Assembly: GCA_009859145.1 (NCBI GenBank) | Contig: VRVR01000062.1 | Span: 89,051-153,050, forward strand | Source of the DNA: Andalucia godoyi And28 | Lineage: Eukaryota > Protista > Jakobida | Direction: 5' to 3' | DNA: 64,000 bases | In this document: positions 21,471-31,872 of the stretch, one piece after another | Layout of the letters: each line of letters begins with the position of its first letter | How positions within the stretch are numbered: position 1 is the stretch's first letter | Notes under the pieces: model-generated | What the model was told of the DNA's origin: nothing | Database searches by the model: none | The model's input: only the letters and a program-made list of their open reading frames with translations | Position numbers and translations under genes: made by a program

Positions 21471-24400
21471 ATGCAGGAAGCCGGTTCGGACCACACGTCG
21501 AGACTTGTAGACTATGTATTGACAGTGGGTCTGGCGCCAAGTGCATGCTCTCCCCCGTCTCCGCGGTCTCCCACAGATGCGGCAGATGCCACGGACGCCA
21601 CGAACGCATCGTCGGTGTGTGCGGACCCAGTTAGTGTGATGTCGCTGGGGGCTCGTGTCTACCGTAGTGAAAAGCTGTTTGCCGCGTCGGTGCTGCATAG
21701 ACTGCCACGCGTGTCGCACAAGGACTTTGACCTTCCGCCGGGATGCCCGCTCTTTGCATACCCATCCGGCATCCAGCCAGTCGGACTCTTTCTCCAGCAC
21801 GGCCGCCACCCGTCGCCATGCTCCATCAATGCCGTCAGCTGCACCAGCAGCAGCAGTGGTGGTGGTGGTCACGGTCAGAGCCATGGTCATCCTCTTCATG
21901 CTCCACAGCAGTTAGATTCCAATCGGAAATGCAGCACGGATTCAGATCGCTCGTTTGCGGAGAGCGGGAGTTATGCTTCAAGCACTGGGTTCAGCAACTC
22001 GCCGAGTTCACCTGCATTTGATTCACCGAGTGCGTTCGGCCGGTCCGCCACGTCTACATTCACAAGTATGGGTGCATCAACGGGTGCATCAACGGGTGCA
22101 GGTACAGGAGCATGGACAGGAGCATCGTCCACAAAGGTCGGCGCCGTAGTATCGCTTCCTGCGATGTGTCACGATGCACTGTACTCGTTTGCGCTGACGA
22201 AGCTTGATGGACGACGGGTCTTTGGAGTGGTACTCACGCGCTGGTTTCGCATTTCTCGCAAAAGAGCAGCAGAACTAGGACTGCCAATCTCTTTGAAGAG
22301 CTCCAGTGCACTCGGCTCGAGTCTCTCGCAAAGCACGCAGAGTCAGAGCCCGACGCAGAGTCCAAGGCTGCAACACACCCTGCCAAGGTCAGGCTCAGAC
22401 TCTGCATCCACGTCTGCGTCTGCGTCCACTCCTCCGACTCCTCCGACCCCTACTGCTGCTTCGTGCGGCTTAGATAAAAGAGAGACAGCGGACGAGCAGG
22501 GAAATGCGATGCACGAGCGGGATGCGACCGAGGGGTTTATTCGGTGGTATGTTCCGTGTTCGCTGGTGCTACTGTCGCATCATCCATATCACAGATCGTT
22601 TTTTCAGCTTATGGAGTCGGTGGCGGACTATTCGCATAGATTCTTCCGGCCGATTGTGCTCATCCGACTGCATGCGTTGCTCAAAGGAATCGGGCCAGAC
22701 TGCACAGATCCGGTCGTTCGCCTGGCTCCGTCATGCAAGCCTGTCAATTTTCCAGCGCCGTCACTGTTTCCGCTGTACGATGTCGACTATGGAGTGCTCG
22801 CAGAATGTGTTTCTCCACAGGTGTTGGCACGCTGTCTGAGTGTGCTGCTCTTGGAACAGCGCGTGGTCATTGTGGGAGAGGTTGATCCGCTGCTGAACGA
22901 TCTAACACCCGTGAATGCTTCCTTGGAGAAGGAAAAGAAGTCTCTGTTCGCGTGGTCACGAGAAAACCATGCATCGTATCGGCTCGTTCAAGTTTGCGAA
23001 GCATTGATGGGCCTGCTGTCCCCCTTTTCCTGGCCACACGTCTACATTCCCATGCTACCGTCCACGCTTGCCGACATTCTAGACGCTCCTGTACCGTACT
23101 GTCTCGGAATACGCCGGTCGGACTGGGTAGACTTTGGCAGGAACACTCTACCCAAGGATGCGTTTGTTTTGGATCTCTGCAGCGGCGTGCTGTTGGAGCC
23201 ACTGGCGGTCGACCCCCCGATCGTAGACCTGCCCGTGAAGAGCCGACGAGCGACATTCAACTCGTCGACTCCTTCCCAGTCACCCTCGACTCCTCTCTCA
23301 AAAGGCGTTCGTGCTCCCATTGTGAAGCATGGGTGGCTCAAAGGACTGGCAATGCGACCAGAGCCCATTTTGCCTGCAGCACTCTTCACCGGAAGCCTTG
23401 TCGATTCATCGGCAGCAGATACCAGTTCGTCGAACGGGATCTTGCCCGTAGACCAGTGTATTCAGTTTTCCGTTCTTGGAAATGATTCCAAACAGTCTCA
23501 CAGTATCCGTCTCGACGATACAGCATTTTCCTCGTCCTCTTCCATGGACCACAGATCCCGGGGCTCCGTACTGTGCAGCTCTCCAACCTCGCCGCGGCCT
23601 CCGTCGGATTCATATCAGAATAGTATATTTGGGCACAATCGTAGTGGTACCGACCCTTCCTCGAGGACAAACACCCAATTGAATTCTCCGGATTCATCCT
23701 TGCTGGATGATGACGATGACACGAGTTGGATCGATGCGGAAATCGACAAGGCTCTTGGAATAGATGATGTCAGTGTCCAGCTGGGTTCACCTGTGTTTGG
23801 GAACCCAATGTTGCATTCGGACTCGCTGTGCCCGACTCCCACCCCGGTTTCCTCTCCCACCCCCATCATCGTTTCGCCCCTTGGTGGTTCTGCGCAAAGG
23901 ATTGCAGTCGGATCGAGCCAGTCATCGACTGAAGTATCTGACGACGAGTATTGCGGGCTTTTCTTGCGGAAAATTGTGTTTCGAACGGTGTTTGAACTTG
24001 TCAAAACGTACCCGCTTTTCTTGAAGACACCTGGCTCCGGCACTTCGGCATCCGGTATTTCGTCGAGTGCGGCTGCGCTGAACTTGTCAGATACTTCGTC
24101 GAACTCTTCCTCTTCTTCGTCATCGGCCAACACGGCCTCCTCGTCTGGCAATCCTAATCAGCAAGGAACCGCAGACTCCATTTTTGATTCGGATGCATTT
24201 CTCGCTGATGTATCTGCAGAGCACGCGCCGTTCCTTCGCATGCTTGTTCAGTCGCAGGTATTCGGTGTCACCATCAACGACCGGATGTTTCGGCAATCCA
24301 GCAGATCTCGCGGGAGTTCTCACCATGAAGATCAAAACAGCTCGGCGGACGCTTCAGAAGACGGCGGCGAGTTCCAACAGGATCTTTTTGACCGGTTGCT

Positions 24401-25112
24401 CGCAGAAACGATGCGCAGAATGTGTCTGCAGATCGAGATCTTAGCGTCTTCGTCCCACCGTGGCTGGCTTACGAAATGCGGCAAGTTACGTAAGTCCTGG
24501 AAACGGAGATACGTTGTGCTTGCAGACCGCGAGTGCAAGTACTTTTCAGACGCATCTTGCAAGTCTTGCAAAGGGTCGGTTCCGTTTTCTCCTGGAGAAG
24601 CGCGCGTCATTGTGGTTCCAGCAGGTGTGGAGGCTCGCGTCGCTGCTCCAGATGCTCCACACCCTTTTATATTCGCTCTTGTCACAAAAGATCGAAAGCT
24701 TGTCTGCTGCGTGGAAGACAACCAAACGCGCCAACAGTGGGTGCGAGTTCTCCGAGCCAAGACGATGGACCCCGCGATCCGCAAAGCTCTCGAGGTGCAC
24801 GGTGCTCCGCGCGTGTACACAGCTCACGGTTCAGAGATTGGCGGCAGCTCCTTCCAGTCTCGCGACGTACCTTTCTGGAAACAAGGCGGTGCGCGGTTGC
24901 TGTGGCTTGTACAGGGCAACCATGCATCCACAACCACCAGCGCGAACACCACCACTGCGTCGTCGTCCATGGGCTTCAATGGCAGCGGTGCGCAGAATCG
25001 AAGCCAAGCCATCAAAGGCGGATCGCTGGTCGCGCCTCTGGAGCACGAGGACGCATCCTCGCATAGCGTTGTAGACGACTTGTATGAATCCGGATCCGAC
25101 GATGACGCATAA
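21471..25112 (+). CDS. DENN-domain (uDENN/cDENN/dDENN) Rab GEF with a C-terminal PH domain (~1213 aa)
   Basis: RLVDYVLTVG, PLFAYP, FALTKLDGRRVFG, VLLLEQRVVI, LLSPFSWPHVYIPMLP...LDAPVPYCLG, FLRMLVQSQVF, then a PH domain (GWLTKCGKLRKSWKRRYVVL...QQWVRVL). Confidence 0.92.
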   Translation: MQEAGSDHTSRLVDYVLTVGLAPSACSPPSPRSPTDAADATDATNASSVCADPVSVMSLGARVYRSEKLFAASVLHRLPRVSHKDFDLPPGCPLFAYPSGIQPVGLFLQHGRHPSPCSINAVSCTSSSSGGGGHGQSHGHPLHAPQQLDSNRKCSTDSDRSFAESGSYASSTGFSNSPSSPAFDSPSAFGRSATSTFTSMGASTGASTGAGTGAWTGASSTKVGAVVSLPAMCHDALYSFALTKLDGRRVFGVVLTRWFRISRKRAAELGLPISLKSSSALGSSLSQSTQSQSPTQSPRLQHTLPRSGSDSASTSASASTPPTPPTPTAASCGLDKRETADEQGNAMHERDATEGFIRWYVPCSLVLLSHHPYHRSFFQLMESVADYSHRFFRPIVLIRLHALLKGIGPDCTDPVVRLAPSCKPVNFPAPSLFPLYDVDYGVLAECVSPQVLARCLSVLLLEQRVVIVGEVDPLLNDLTPVNASLEKEKKSLFAWSRENHASYRLVQVCEALMGLLSPFSWPHVYIPMLPSTLADILDAPVPYCLGIRRSDWVDFGRNTLPKDAFVLDLCSGVLLEPLAVDPPIVDLPVKSRRATFNSSTPSQSPSTPLSKGVRAPIVKHGWLKGLAMRPEPILPAALFTGSLVDSSAADTSSSNGILPVDQCIQFSVLGNDSKQSHSIRLDDTAFSSSSSMDHRSRGSVLCSSPTSPRPPSDSYQNSIFGHNRSGTDPSSRTNTQLNSPDSSLLDDDDDTSWIDAEIDKALGIDDVSVQLGSPVFGNPMLHSDSLCPTPTPVSSPTPIIVSPLGGSAQRIAVGSSQSSTEVSDDEYCGLFLRKIVFRTVFELVKTYPLFLKTPGSGTSASGISSSAAALNLSDTSSNSSSSSSSANTASSSGNPNQQGTADSIFDSDAFLADVSAEHAPFLRMLVQSQVFGVTINDRMFRQSSRSRGSSHHEDQNSSADASEDGGEFQQDLFDRLLAETMRRMCLQIEILASSSHRGWLTKCGKLRKSWKRRYVVLADRECKYFSDASCKSCKGSVPFSPGEARVIVVPAGVEARVAAPDAPHPFIFALVTKDRKLVCCVEDNQTRQQWVRVLRAKTMDPAIRKALEVHGAPRVYTAHGSEIGGSSFQSRDVPFWKQGGARLLWLVQGNHASTTTSANTTTASSSMGFNGSGAQNRSQAIKGGSLVAPLEHEDASSHSVVDDLYESGSDDDA

Positions 25113-25200
25113 TCTGTTTTTTTCTTCCCCTTCTTCTTTTATTGTTTTTGTTTTTGTTGTTGTACATATTCACTTTATATAAATCCACAACTGGGTTACA

Positions 25201-28200
25201 TTAAAAGCGTTTCTTTGAAGCTCGAGACGCGCCGGCACCACTCGATTGCCGACTCTCAACATCGGCCAGGATGAATTCCGAATGAATGCTGTCTGGATAA
25301 CTGGCGGAAGCACCCTGAGATTTGCGGGCCTTCTCTTTCGCCGTCCGCCGAGGAACGCTCGGAGGCAAGGGCGACGAACTTCCTTGTCGATGCTCGATGT
25401 CGGGTAGCAACGCTTCTGGCACAGCACCGCGATCATTTCCTTTTCTCGAGTTCGTACGGCGCGGCGAGATGGAAGAAGATCTTGGGGTCCGAGATTCAAC
25501 GTCTGCCAACAGCAAATCAACAGAGCTCATGTTCGACGAGGATTCTGCAGGACCAAGTTGGTGAGAAGACGTCGAACGTGTTCTGGACTGCATTGGTTCA
25601 AACAAGAACGAGGCACCTCGACCGCTGCTTCTACCAGAAGATAGCTGTCTTGCAGTGATAATGCCAGCCGCATGCAGAGCGCTTGGAGATGCGGAGCGGG
25701 CCGATTCCGACTTCCACTCCACAGACGGTGCCATTGTCTTGGATTGGGATACTGCGCGAACGGATGCACTCATGTCGGATCCATTCGTCTGCGAGACCGC
25801 GGCTGAACGGCGACTAAAGTGCACTTGGTTCTCCATTTGGGGCGCAGCAACTGACACCGCTGGGCTCATTTTCTGCAGAATGTCCGCATAGCCTGGCGCA
25901 ATTGGTGTGCTTGCGAACGAAACCGTCCGATGTTTGGCACGTCGAGGCTTTGCGTTTGCATTCTCATCAGTCGGGTGCTGGATCTCGCCACCATCGTTGT
26001 TGTCCGACACCTCGACAATCCTATCAGGTGCATCCACCTGCGCAGTAGAATGGCACTGGAACGCATCGACGCTGATTTCAGAAGCAGCACCGAAGTGTAC
26101 AGCCGCGGGGGGACTACATCGACCGTGAGACGTTGGAGCTGAGACATTGACTCCGTGATCAGTAGAAGCAAAGTTATTGCCATCGTGTATCATCAAGGGC
26201 TCCTTGCCTACAGCAAAATCATGCGTGGCACCATCTTGTAAAGCAATTTCCGGTGCAAGTGGCGGGACTGCAGGAGAATCGAGCGTGTGTTGATCGATCG
26301 GCTCAAGCCGGTCATTGGCGCAGCACACAGGACGCTCGGGGCTGTCGCCGTTGTCCACAGACGACGACACCAATAACGACGATGGTGGTGACGATGATGA
26401 TGACAGTGACAATGGACCAACAACATCACGGTGCAATCCTTGTTGCTCCGGTGGAGTGGTCTCCACCGCTTCCACCAATTTCACCTTGCAATCTGTGTGC
26501 TTAGAGCCTATCAGCGGAAGAACTGCAGCAGAGCCCTTGATCCAAGATGCGACCTTCTGCCGAGGATCTGCGCCGTTTGGCAATGCCCCATCAATCTGCA
26601 AGCCGGGTACGGACAGTCTCAGCTTGCTGTTCGGCGCCGATGCTGTTTGCTTCTGCGATTCAAATACATCCACCAGCAACATGGCACTGGGACTGAAGGT
26701 CTTGGGTGCTGCCAACATCGAGGGTCGCTTGTGGGCTGCGGGTGCAGCAAACGCGAGTCCTGCAGCATCTGTCAAGCTGTCGTCATCCGCAAGTCGTGGC
26801 CCACGCCGACTTCCGGGCAGGAGAGCAGGTCTCAAACCATTACTACCAAACAGAGGATTGGACGGCACCATGCTGACGTCCGATGTGCTGTCCGGAGTTG
26901 CGGTCGTGCTGGCACCATCTGATGGCACTAACTTGATCCCAAGCACCTCCGATTTCTTCCTTGCTTTCGACTGCATGATCCACCGTTTGGCAACCACAAC
27001 TTCTTTCAAAAGGGCGGCGAGGTAGAGCGCGAACGAACCCACAGACACAATCATTTCAAAAACAGACAGCAATATGTTAATAATCACCTGAACGAACTGA
27101 CATATGGCCAACGGGAGCGTGACATTCCTTGCAACAATGCTGTCGCGAGACAGGCCGATCATAGAATACAATACGCAGCACATCAATGTGTCCAGACTCG
27201 AGTTGAAACACGACATGATTTTCCCTCGCCGCTCACTGGACGGCTGATACACCAAAAAGAACATTGAGCGCAGCGCGGAGAAAAGCAGCACAATAGAAAG
27301 CTGGACCTCCTGCGAAACAAAATCTAGCGCACCTGCCACAACGAGCGCGGCATCTACTATGAAAATTGCAAATAAACCAGGATACACAAACCAATTATGA
27401 CCAAACTCCAGGAATCCCGTATCCCATTTCTTGAGCGTGTGGAACAATTCCGGACTCATTGTGCGAGTATGTCGCAGAGATCGGATCACCCAAAAATAAG
27501 ACAAACTCAAATAAATAATGCATACAAAAATGGCTGCAACACTCTCCCACAGCGGGCGCTGATCGAAAAACTTGGAAAAAAGAAGCATGATTGAAACAAA
27601 CACTCCATAGTAGGAACCGAAAAACACTGCAAAATACAGTCCACGGAAGAAGATCCACGTTTTCGTCGCGAGCTTCAACGACTGCACAGCAATCAAGCAA
27701 TCTGCGAGGACACGCAGCTTCCAATAGAGCCTGATCATGAACACCAAGTACAAGACACCGAGAAAGACAAGGTGGCAACAAGCAATGGCCGAATAAACGA
27801 AAACGAGAGAGATGAGCTGGATTATAAACGAACAAGAATACGTGTCCAGCGTCCCCATCATGTACAGTCTCAGATTGGGATCCGAATCCTGCATACCAGG
27901 ATCCGGGCTTTCGTCCAAGAAACCAAGCGACTGCAATGGATCCGTGAGGAAGGTCAATCGGAACTGGAAGGACGCAATGTTCGTTGCCTGTACGAATTCA
28001 ATGTACCACACAGGGAAGTTAATCCTCAAGCAAGCCATCCGCGTGATGGCCTGGACCGCATCAAAAAGACTGATTGCGCCGCCGCTGGAGGATACGGACG
28101 CCCCAACGGTGGTTCCTGCAACGGCTCCTTCCGCAGCGCCCCCTCCGACAGCGCCCCCTGGAAGTGCAGCCGGCGGATCTCGGAGCGAATTGGGATTCAC

Positions 28201-31200
28201 AAACGTCGAGCAGCTCGAGTCTGTCCATTGCGCATCGCAGACGCAGGAATGCCCGTCGGAGCTGCAGGAACCATGCCCCGAGCACGATGACGCACGAGAA
28301 CAAAAGACATTGCAGGAATTTCCATAAAAATTCACGCTGCAATTGACGCAGTACGGCCCTGCAAACATGCCCCCGCAGATACAAGATCCGTTCCCAGACA
28401 TGCCATCCCTGCATGTTCCTCCGTTCCAACAAGAAGGACATATCGTGCAGTTCGGACCAAAAAACCCCGAAGAACACACGGAACACGAATTCGACGCCGG
28501 TCCGGGAGTAGAAAATCCTAAAGGACAGACAGAGCAGCGATAAGAAGTATGTGAATTGGAAACCGCTCCAACAGAACACGGGACACAGGACGATTGGGTG
28601 AGATCCGGTTCATAGCCATCGGCACACACTTGACAAGAAGGATAATCAGTGCGATTTGCACCAGAAATCCGGTTGATTGGACACAGTACACAGCTTGCAC
28701 GGAATAGGTCCGAGCCAAATCCTGCTGGACAGGGGCTGCACATGTGCAAACTCGAAGAATTCGAATACCACCCAGGCGAACAGGGCCTGCAGTGTGATCC
28801 ATCCGCGGAAGGTTCGTATCCGTTCGGACACATGGTGCACAAATGTTGTACAGTGTCATTCGAGTATGTACCCAAAGGGCATTTGGCGCAGATTGATCTG
28901 GACGCCGACGGCTCATGACCGTCGTCGCAAGACACGCACACGTAGCCAGAAGTAGCATTGCTGAATGTCCCCACAACGCACGGGTCGCAGCCCGAAAAGC
29001 TGGCAGAAGGTTGCGTTCCAGCAGGGCAATATTTGCACAAGAATCCACTTGAAGAGTTGCTGTACATTCCGGGTGCACACGCTACGCACGCACGCTGGTC
29101 GGTGTTCGGCTGAGTGCCGTCTGTACAATATGTGCAATGGTATGCCACGGATGCATTCGAAAATCTTCCGCTGAAGCACGGCACGCAGTGGTCTAAGGAC
29201 GACGACGACTCGTGGCCGTCTGGACACTGGACGCACGTCCATGCTGTAGATGAATTCACAAACTGTCCTGATTGGCACGGAACGCAAGCTGCGCGATCTG
29301 AGGATGAAGCATATCCAACAGAACATGAGGTGCACGAAAAGGCAGTACTTGCATTGGAATAATATCCAGCTGGGCAAGGAATGCAAACAGATCTGTCCTC
29401 CGATGGTTCGCTCCCAGTTGGGCACGGCGAACACAAAAAACCAGTCGACGAGTTGGAAAACCGGCCCGATGCACAATTGACACAGTGCGAGCGCGACGCA
29501 TCAGCCTCTGTACCAGGCGGACAAAACTTGCATTCAAACGACACTGTCGCATTTGAGAATTTCCCTGCAGTGCATTCGCGACAACTTGAGAACGGCCCAA
29601 AGGGCTCATGTCCAAGAGGACAGCTTTCGCACATAAAGGATGTGCTGAAGTTGCTGTACTTCCCGTTGTCGCATGGCGCACACGCATCACGTCCCATTGA
29701 CGGTTCACTTCCCGACGGACACGAGACACACACGTTGCTTGTCGACGAGTTCGCGTACTGGCCCGTGGAGCAGACGGCACACCCCGACTGACCCGTGTTC
29801 GGCTGCGTGCCCGACGGACACGAGACACACACGTTGCTTGTCGACGAGTTCGCGTACTGGCCCGTGGAGCAGACGGCACACCCCGACTGACCCGTGTTCG
29901 GCTGCGTGCCCGACGGACACGAGACACACACGTTGCTTGTCGACGAGTTCGAGTACTGGCCGACGCCACAAGGCAGGCAAGCGTCACGTACGGGGCTCTT
30001 GCTCTCCTCCCCATCCGGGCAACTGATGCACAAGAGCGCCGTCGTTGAATTGGAATACGTGCCGATTGCACAATCCATGCACGAACCCCTGCCTGGTGCA
30101 GATGTCTGTCCAGCAGGACATGCGGTGCACTGAAAATGCGAGGACGAATTAGAGTACTGCCCATTCGCACATGCAACGCACGACACAGCACTCGTTGCGT
30201 TGAGGAACGCTGTTGAGAATCCCGGATCACACGGAGTGCAATATGGATAAGTACCACTGAGAGCGAGCGAGGTATTCCTCCAGTAGCCAAGCCTGCATAT
30301 TTGTGTTGGGACTGTCGCCTGGCCGAGGAAGCTGCAAATGTCCATTGCAGATACATAGAGAACGTATTCGCCTGGTGCAATGCCCGACAGTGTTATAGTC
30401 TGTGCATTTGAGGACAGCGTAAAATTCAACATTGCGACAACCACACTCCCATTCTCAGAGTCAACGAGCGATAGGTTCCAAGCCATCTGCGAAAAAGACG
30501 AATACTGTTCAAGGGATCCAGCAAACGAGACGAGAATGGAATTGATACTGTTCTGGAATGCCGAAACAACAAGTGTGGGTCCCTTTGCGGGTGAAATCGC
30601 CATTTGAATGGAGTACCGGTCCGCCACCGATCCACCAGGGTTCGGCGATGGTCCAGACCGCGCTACAGCAACCGGATCTCTCTGAATGGAAAACTGGATT
30701 CCAGAAAACAGCTGGTCACGAGAAAGAAAATAATAGTTTGATGATGCAGATTCCTCGTAGCCCGTGAACGAGTGGATCCTCACTCCGGTGACATATGCCG
30801 ACATGGACGAGTACTGGATGAGCAAAGTGTATGGATTTTGCAGCGGCGAGCTAACAGATTCGAGCGCTGCGCCGTCTGTTTTTGTTGTTGCCCACGAAAA
30901 CGTAAGCTTTGCATACGAGGCATTTGTCTTGGAAGCCTCGCCTGCATCATCCGACAGGGAGATTGAGAATGGGTACGAACTATTGAACGGCGGTGAGAAA
31001 TACATGAACCCGTTTGCCAACCGAGTTCCCGTCGTTGTGTCTGTTGCTCTGGACAATATATGTACAAGTCCGAGTGTGTCTGTTGAGGCCGTATATGTAA
31101 ACCCGAAGACCGCAACATCGAATCCAGAAATCGGCGCGTTGGAAAGTGATCCAGCATAATTGTAATAGTTTGCCGCAGTCCGATTGCCGATGTCCGCCGC

Positions 31201-31338
31201 ATAGATCGGAACCGACGACGCATTCAAACACAGCAGTGCATCCACGCGCATCACATGACGGTCAACACCAAGCGCCAGAAAAAACGCAATATGTACAATA
31301 AACAAGCTTTTCCAAGGACGCCACTGCAGCACGCTCAT
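25201..31338 (-). CDS. Large cell-surface protein (~2045 aa): signal peptide, array of CxxC (GCC2/GCC3, ephrin-receptor-like) repeats, EGF/laminin-EGF, multi-pass membrane domain, disordered cytoplasmic tail
   Basis: Hydrophobic N-terminus, about 17 units of CxxCxxGxYSNxS/T...CxxCPxG, EGF motifs CWNGGTC and CSGHGSC, about 7-8 hydrophobic helices, and a Ser/Arg-rich tail. Confidence 0.88.
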   Translation of the reverse strand: MSVLQWRPWKSLFIVHIAFFLALGVDRHVMRVDALLCLNASSVPIYAADIGNRTAANYYNYAGSLSNAPISGFDVAVFGFTYTASTDTLGLVHILSRATDTTTGTRLANGFMYFSPPFNSSYPFSISLSDDAGEASKTNASYAKLTFSWATTKTDGAALESVSSPLQNPYTLLIQYSSMSAYVTGVRIHSFTGYEESASSNYYFLSRDQLFSGIQFSIQRDPVAVARSGPSPNPGGSVADRYSIQMAISPAKGPTLVVSAFQNSINSILVSFAGSLEQYSSFSQMAWNLSLVDSENGSVVVAMLNFTLSSNAQTITLSGIAPGEYVLYVSAMDICSFLGQATVPTQICRLGYWRNTSLALSGTYPYCTPCDPGFSTAFLNATSAVSCVACANGQYSNSSSHFQCTACPAGQTSAPGRGSCMDCAIGTYSNSTTALLCISCPDGEESKSPVRDACLPCGVGQYSNSSTSNVCVSCPSGTQPNTGQSGCAVCSTGQYANSSTSNVCVSCPSGTQPNTGQSGCAVCSTGQYANSSTSNVCVSCPSGSEPSMGRDACAPCDNGKYSNFSTSFMCESCPLGHEPFGPFSSCRECTAGKFSNATVSFECKFCPPGTEADASRSHCVNCASGRFSNSSTGFLCSPCPTGSEPSEDRSVCIPCPAGYYSNASTAFSCTSCSVGYASSSDRAACVPCQSGQFVNSSTAWTCVQCPDGHESSSSLDHCVPCFSGRFSNASVAYHCTYCTDGTQPNTDQRACVACAPGMYSNSSSGFLCKYCPAGTQPSASFSGCDPCVVGTFSNATSGYVCVSCDDGHEPSASRSICAKCPLGTYSNDTVQHLCTMCPNGYEPSADGSHCRPCSPGWYSNSSSLHMCSPCPAGFGSDLFRASCVLCPINRISGANRTDYPSCQVCADGYEPDLTQSSCVPCSVGAVSNSHTSYRCSVCPLGFSTPGPASNSCSVCSSGFFGPNCTICPSCWNGGTCRDGMSGNGSCICGGMFAGPYCVNCSVNFYGNSCNVFCSRASSCSGHGSCSSDGHSCVCDAQWTDSSCSTFVNPNSLRDPPAALPGGAVGGGAAEGAVAGTTVGASVSSSGGAISLFDAVQAITRMACLRINFPVWYIEFVQATNIASFQFRLTFLTDPLQSLGFLDESPDPGMQDSDPNLRLYMMGTLDTYSCSFIIQLISLVFVYSAIACCHLVFLGVLYLVFMIRLYWKLRVLADCLIAVQSLKLATKTWIFFRGLYFAVFFGSYYGVFVSIMLLFSKFFDQRPLWESVAAIFVCIIYLSLSYFWVIRSLRHTRTMSPELFHTLKKWDTGFLEFGHNWFVYPGLFAIFIVDAALVVAGALDFVSQEVQLSIVLLFSALRSMFFLVYQPSSERRGKIMSCFNSSLDTLMCCVLYSMIGLSRDSIVARNVTLPLAICQFVQVIINILLSVFEMIVSVGSFALYLAALLKEVVVAKRWIMQSKARKKSEVLGIKLVPSDGASTTATPDSTSDVSMVPSNPLFGSNGLRPALLPGSRRGPRLADDDSLTDAAGLAFAAPAAHKRPSMLAAPKTFSPSAMLLVDVFESQKQTASAPNSKLRLSVPGLQIDGALPNGADPRQKVASWIKGSAAVLPLIGSKHTDCKVKLVEAVETTPPEQQGLHRDVVGPLSLSSSSSPPSSLLVSSSVDNGDSPERPVCCANDRLEPIDQHTLDSPAVPPLAPEIALQDGATHDFAVGKEPLMIHDGNNFASTDHGVNVSAPTSHGRCSPPAAVHFGAASEISVDAFQCHSTAQVDAPDRIVEVSDNNDGGEIQHPTDENANAKPRRAKHRTVSFASTPIAPGYADILQKMSPAVSVAAPQMENQVHFSRRSAAVSQTNGSDMSASVRAVSQSKTMAPSVEWKSESARSASPSALHAAGIITARQLSSGRSSGRGASFLFEPMQSRTRSTSSHQLGPAESSSNMSSVDLLLADVESRTPRSSSISPRRTNSRKGNDRGAVPEALLPDIEHRQGSSSPLPPSVPRRTAKEKARKSQGASASYPDSIHSEFILADVESRQSSGAGASRASKKRF
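29711..29951 (-). repeat. Perfect intragenic tandem repeat, 99-bp unit (33 aa CPSGTQPNTGQSGCAVCSTGQYANSSTSNVCVS), about 2.4 copies
   Basis: CCCGACGGAC recurs at 29711, 29810 and 29909 with identical sequence between copies. Confidence 0.97.
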
Positions 31339-31348
31339 CGTCTTCTCA

Positions 31349-31390
<42 letters not shown>

Positions 31391-31872
31391 GATCAATATT
31401 GTTCTTTTTCTTTTTTCTTCTTCTTCTCCCGCAGCACAGAGGCACAAGGTGAATATGCGTATGTATGCACTCGATTGTGTAAACTGCGAATTAAAAAACA
31501 ATGACGAATGAAAAGAATGAAAAATAGGAGATGAAATGAAGAAATGTTTTGAAATGAACAGCAGACGGAAAGAAGGCGGACAATGCGCCGAACACGCAGG
31601 ATTGATGGGATTGACGGCTGGTCACTTCGGGAAACAGGAATGATGGACATTCCCGAATCTCCCGACAGCAAGAAAAGATCCGGCATTGGAAAAAAGTATA
31701 ACAGCGTTTTAACGACTTTTCAACTGGTTGTAATCGCTTCCTAATCGACCTCTCAAATTAAGCAGGCTCACGGATGATGGATCCAAAACCAAAACCTCTA
31801 AACTCCAAGCCCAAACAGAATCGAACAGAATCAAAAAGCAGAATCAAAACAGAAAACAGAGCAGACACAGGA

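Noticed and set aside
29711-29951. CRISPR-like array or mobile element
   Set aside because: The copies abut with no unique spacers, the unit is a multiple of 3 inside a CDS, and no cas or transposase genes are present.
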